DNA from: Cyanophora paradoxa CCMP329
Lineage: Eukaryota; Plantae; Glaucophyta
DNA length: 64,000 nucleotides
Assembly (NCBI GenBank): GCA_004431415.1
Contig: QPMI01000473.1
Coordinates: 62,001-126,000, forward strand
Direction of reading: 5' to 3'
Both the position numbers and the translations under genes were made by a program. Position 1 is the stretch's first letter; each line of letters opens with the position of its first letter. The notes beneath the pieces are model-generated. The model saw nothing but the letters and a program-made list of their open reading frames with translations. It was not told where the DNA came from and made no database searches. Of the stretch, positions 60,301 through 64,000 are shown piece by piece.

Positions 60301-63300
60301 CCACCAGGTCCTCGTGCTGGGCCAGGAACACGTCGAACGCTGCCGGGGCCGGGGCGCCGGCGGGGCGCTGAAGATTGAGAGACGGCCGCAAAAATCGCGC
60401 GAAAGAAGAGACGGGGCACCCTGCGGGAACCAGACGACGAGGTCGCCCCGCTCCAGCGGCTCCCGCACCTCCCACGCCGTCGAGACCTGCCACCGCGAAA
60501 AATGAGCGGAGCGCGAAAACCGCCGATGATCGATTTTCGCGGAGCGCGCCTGGGCCGTCTCTTTCTTGAGCTCGTCCCACTCGTCGCTGGGCTCCACTGC
60601 GAAACGCATTCATCACATTTAATGAAGATACCTCCGCGAAAACAACGCGGACCCTTCGTGCGCTTCTCCTTGACGGTGGTGCCGTCGGCTCCGCCCTTGC
60701 GCTTCTTCGAGCCCGGCGTCTTGAGTGCCGCCGACTCCGTGGTCTTCTTCTTCTTCTTGTCCTGCGCGCCCTTCGTCTTGTCCCGCCCGCCCTTCTTCAC
60801 GCCCTTCGCGGCCGGCTCCACCCTAGCACGAAGGATTTTTAATTAGAAACGAGCGAAAGCAAAGGAATTCCATGCCCCGACGCTCACTTCTTGGCCATGG
60901 GCTTGGGCTGCGGACCGGCGTCGCGCATCGACTTCCTGAAGCCGACCGGGACGGCCTTTGTCTTCTTCTTGGGCGCCGCGTCGCTGTCGCTGCCGCTGCT
61001 GCCGCCGTACTCGCTCCCGCTCTCGCTCCCGCTGCTCGATGCCCGCTTCTTCTTGCCGCCCTTGCCCTTCGCCTTGCCCGCCGCCTTCGGTTTGGGCTTC
61101 GGCTCCTCGTCCTCCTCGCTCTCCTCGTCGCTCTCCTTCGGCGGCGCCGGCCGCCGCGGGGCGGGGGCGGGCGGGGCGCCCTTGAGGGCCGAGGGGCCGC
61201 CCTTGCGGGCCGAGGCGGAGGCGGTGCGCTTGGGGTTGGAGGAGGGCGGGCGGGAGACGACGGGGGCCAGGCCGCCCATCAGCGCGGCGTGCGACGCGGA
61301 GACGGCCTTCGGCGCCTGCGCGCGCGCGAACACCGACGGTCAGCCTCGAAGCTAAGCGGCCGTCAAGAAATTGAATCCGAGGGCGCGCGCACCGACTTCG
61401 AGGCGTCTGAGGTCGAGGAGGCGCCGGCGGTGGTCGCGCGGGGGCGCTGGGGGCCGAGGCCGGGCGCGGGTTCGCGGCGGCCGGAGCAGCCGCGGCGGCG
61501 GCGGCCTTGGCCGGCGCCGGCGCCGCCTTCGCGGCCGCGGGCTTCGACGCAGCCTTCGCCTTCGGCGCCGGCGCCGCGCGGCCCTCGTCGTCGGCCGCCT
61601 CCGCGTCGGAAGCGGCAGCCTTCTGCAGGTGTGAAATCCGTGTAAACTAAAGTTCTTGTCAAAGATGTCGCCAACAAACTCCGCGCACCTGCGTGGATGC
61701 CTTCTCCTTCTGCTTCTTCGCCGCCTTCTCGGGCTTGGAGCCGGAGGCGGCGGCAGCCTCCGGGTGCTCGGCCTCGTGCGCCGCCCGCTCCCGCTGGAAC
61801 CGCTCCTTGTCCGCCGCCGCCAGCTCCTCGTACGGCTGCCGCGGATCAGAGTCGAGCTCAAGATTCAATTTAGTAAATTAAGATTGAGAGAGAGCGGACC
61901 GTCTTCGCCTCGGCGGGGAGGGCGTTCCACTCAGCCGCGACGCGCTTTCCGACTTCGCCGAACGACAGGGTCGGCTCGGACTCCTTGAGCTTCGCCCGCG
62001 CCTCTGTGATCGGATGCGAAGTTGTTATGTTTATCTAATTGCAAGCACGAGAATTCGAATTTCGAAGTTGAATTATTCAGATCTAGAACGAATTTGGTGC
62101 ACCGTTCGAAAAGAAATTGAATGCGTTCTTGGCACCAGCAGGCGCCGTGGGGTCCTTCTTCGGCTTCGAATTCTTCTTTGCAGCCTGTAATACAATGCAT
62201 GCAAAGACTAGATTAGAAGTCCAGATTATAAAACGAGATGCTCTTGTTTGCGGAACTGACCTCGAAGCCCTCGGGGGGCACGTAGGATGCCATCTCGCGC
62301 TCGTAGCGCGCCTTGTCCGCCGCCGCCTTCGTCTCGTACAGCTGCGAAATTTCATCGTGGCATCACATCAGTTCAAACTTGAATGAGATCAACTAATTAT
62401 AATATAAAGTGAATATGCGATCAGGCGCCCCGCACCGCCTTCTCTTCCGCTGTCATCTCTTTCCACTTCTCGCCCTGCGCGTGGGGACATAGAATCAAGC
62501 AATCATACGGGCCGTTATCGACAAGCTGTACATGTGTGGTCTTCGCATGGCGCGAAAATTAAAGAAACCGACACTCACGCAAATCTTCATGAGGTCGGTG
62601 CTGCTGACGCTCATGTTGTTCTGCTTGATTTTCTCGCGGTTCTCTGGCCATGGCGACGAGCACATGCGCATGCTTCAGCGGTTGCGAATCGAGCAACAGC
62701 AAGAAATGAAAGGACAGAAAGTCACACCGGCGCAGAAAATGGCGTAGGAGTTGGAAGGGCGCTTGGGGGCTCCGGGGTCCTTCGGGGCACTCTTGCCCCC
62801 CTTGGGCTTCTCCTCCTCGTCTTCGCCGCCCTTGCCCTTGCTCGCCTTGGCCTCCTTCGCGCCGCCGGCCTTGCCTTCCTTCGCAGAAATCGCCTTGCCG
62901 CTCTTCTGCTTCAAGTTTTATAGAGATCAGAAAGGGCGAATTTCGAATCGATCGCGAGCATTCATTAAATTTCGCATATCAAAGCGCGCCTCGAAGCCCT
63001 CGGGGGGCACGTAGGATGCCATCTCGCGCTCGTAGCGCGCCTTGTCCGCCGCCGCCTTCGCCTCGTACGGCTGCGAAAAAACATCGCGTCAGTTCAAGAT
63101 ATAATTAGATCGACTGAAATGAAACACGCGATCAGGCGCCCCGCACCGCCTTCTCTTCAGCTGTCATTCCCTTCCACTTGTCGCCCTGCATGCGGAGAAT
63201 CAAGCCATCATGATCAGACGGGCCGTTAATGGCGGGCTGTAAAACAGAAAAAGAGCGCACCGTGAGCTTCCCGATTTCGCCGAAGCTCGCTCCGGGGTTC

Positions 63301-63927
63301 TCCGCCTTGATCGACTCGCGCTTGTCTGCACGAGGTCGGGCGGCCGCGGGCGTCAGTCCAGAATTCGAAGCTTCAAAACGAAATGCGGCGCTCGAGCGCA
63401 CCGGCCGAAAAGTAATTGTAGGCGTTCGTGGGCTTCTTGGGCGCGTTCGGGTCCTTCGCAGCGCTCTTCCCTCCCTTCTCCTTACCGGCACCGTCGCTCG
63501 CGTCCGCCTTCTGCCCGCCCTTCAGCGTCGGCGTCGCGAGGGCCGAGAGAGCAACTTTAATATCTAACTTCAGATCGCACCTTCGATTTCTCCTTCGGCG
63601 CCTTCGGCTCCTTCGGCTTCTTCTCCTTCTCGGCCACCGGCTTCGTGGCCTGCGCACGCAATCGGATGTTGCTTTAAAGGCTATATATATCACAGAAGTT
63701 CGACTGCGATCTTGAACCTTCAGGGCGGGGGCGGAGGACGAGGGCTCGGCGCTCTTCTTGGAGATCTGGATGAGGGTCTTCTTCGCAGGGCCCGATGCAG
63801 GGGCCGAGTTTGCAGCTGGGCTCGCGATCGAGGCCGGCGCAGCCGGTGCGGCGGATCCGGAGGCCGAGGCCGGCGGCGGCGGCTCGACAGCGCCCGAGGA
63901 AGAGTCTTCAGCGTTCGAACTCCCCAT
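57376..63927 (-). CDS. chromatin protein: 3 HMG boxes + BRWD/PHIP ancillary (cryptic Tudor) domain + divergent bromodomain + acidic tail
   Basis: HMG: KDPNAPKKPTNAYNYF, KDPGAPKRPSNSYAIF, KDPTAPAGAKNAFNFF. Ancillary domain: GDLVVWFPQG, VPSYLLRRQDY, WHEGRI..PDSPWDSLRVMW..ISPWE. Bromo-like: IDLAE..GRYETWSSFWADVQLMINN. Confidence 0.75.
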
Positions 63928-64000
63928 CGATATCACCTGTTCTGAGGCCTGCGCACTGATTAGTGCGCATCGCGTGTGCACGGCACTTACGCGGCCTATA

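Overview
GC-rich, intron-dense eukaryotic nuclear DNA. Introns are about 60-70 nt, with CTGAC-like branch points and many GC-AG junctions. The style and gene content suggest a microalga such as a glaucophyte, but that is inference. Most long six-frame ORFs are GC artefacts, and gene models here were spliced by eye, so boundaries are approximate. Recognisable genes: a conserved membrane protein, a flavin monooxygenase, an LYR protein, an SP-RING(MIZ)+SRA protein, a HARE-HTH-like protein, a metallo-beta-lactamase/cNMP-binding phosphodiesterase (GbpA/PdeD type), SKA2, a TmcB-like membrane protein and a 3xHMG + BRWD/PHIP ancillary domain + bromodomain protein. Mobile DNA: four MITEs (2.2-4.5 kb), two copies of a tRNA-derived SINE, and a truncated hAT element carrying a gag-only LTR retrotransposon with identical LTRs. 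The most striking observation is a recurrent mutational signature, X -> X-revcomp(X)-X micro-insertions. It is visible between repeat copies and inside the dead hAT transposase, and it may explain the palindrome-saturated intergenic DNA.
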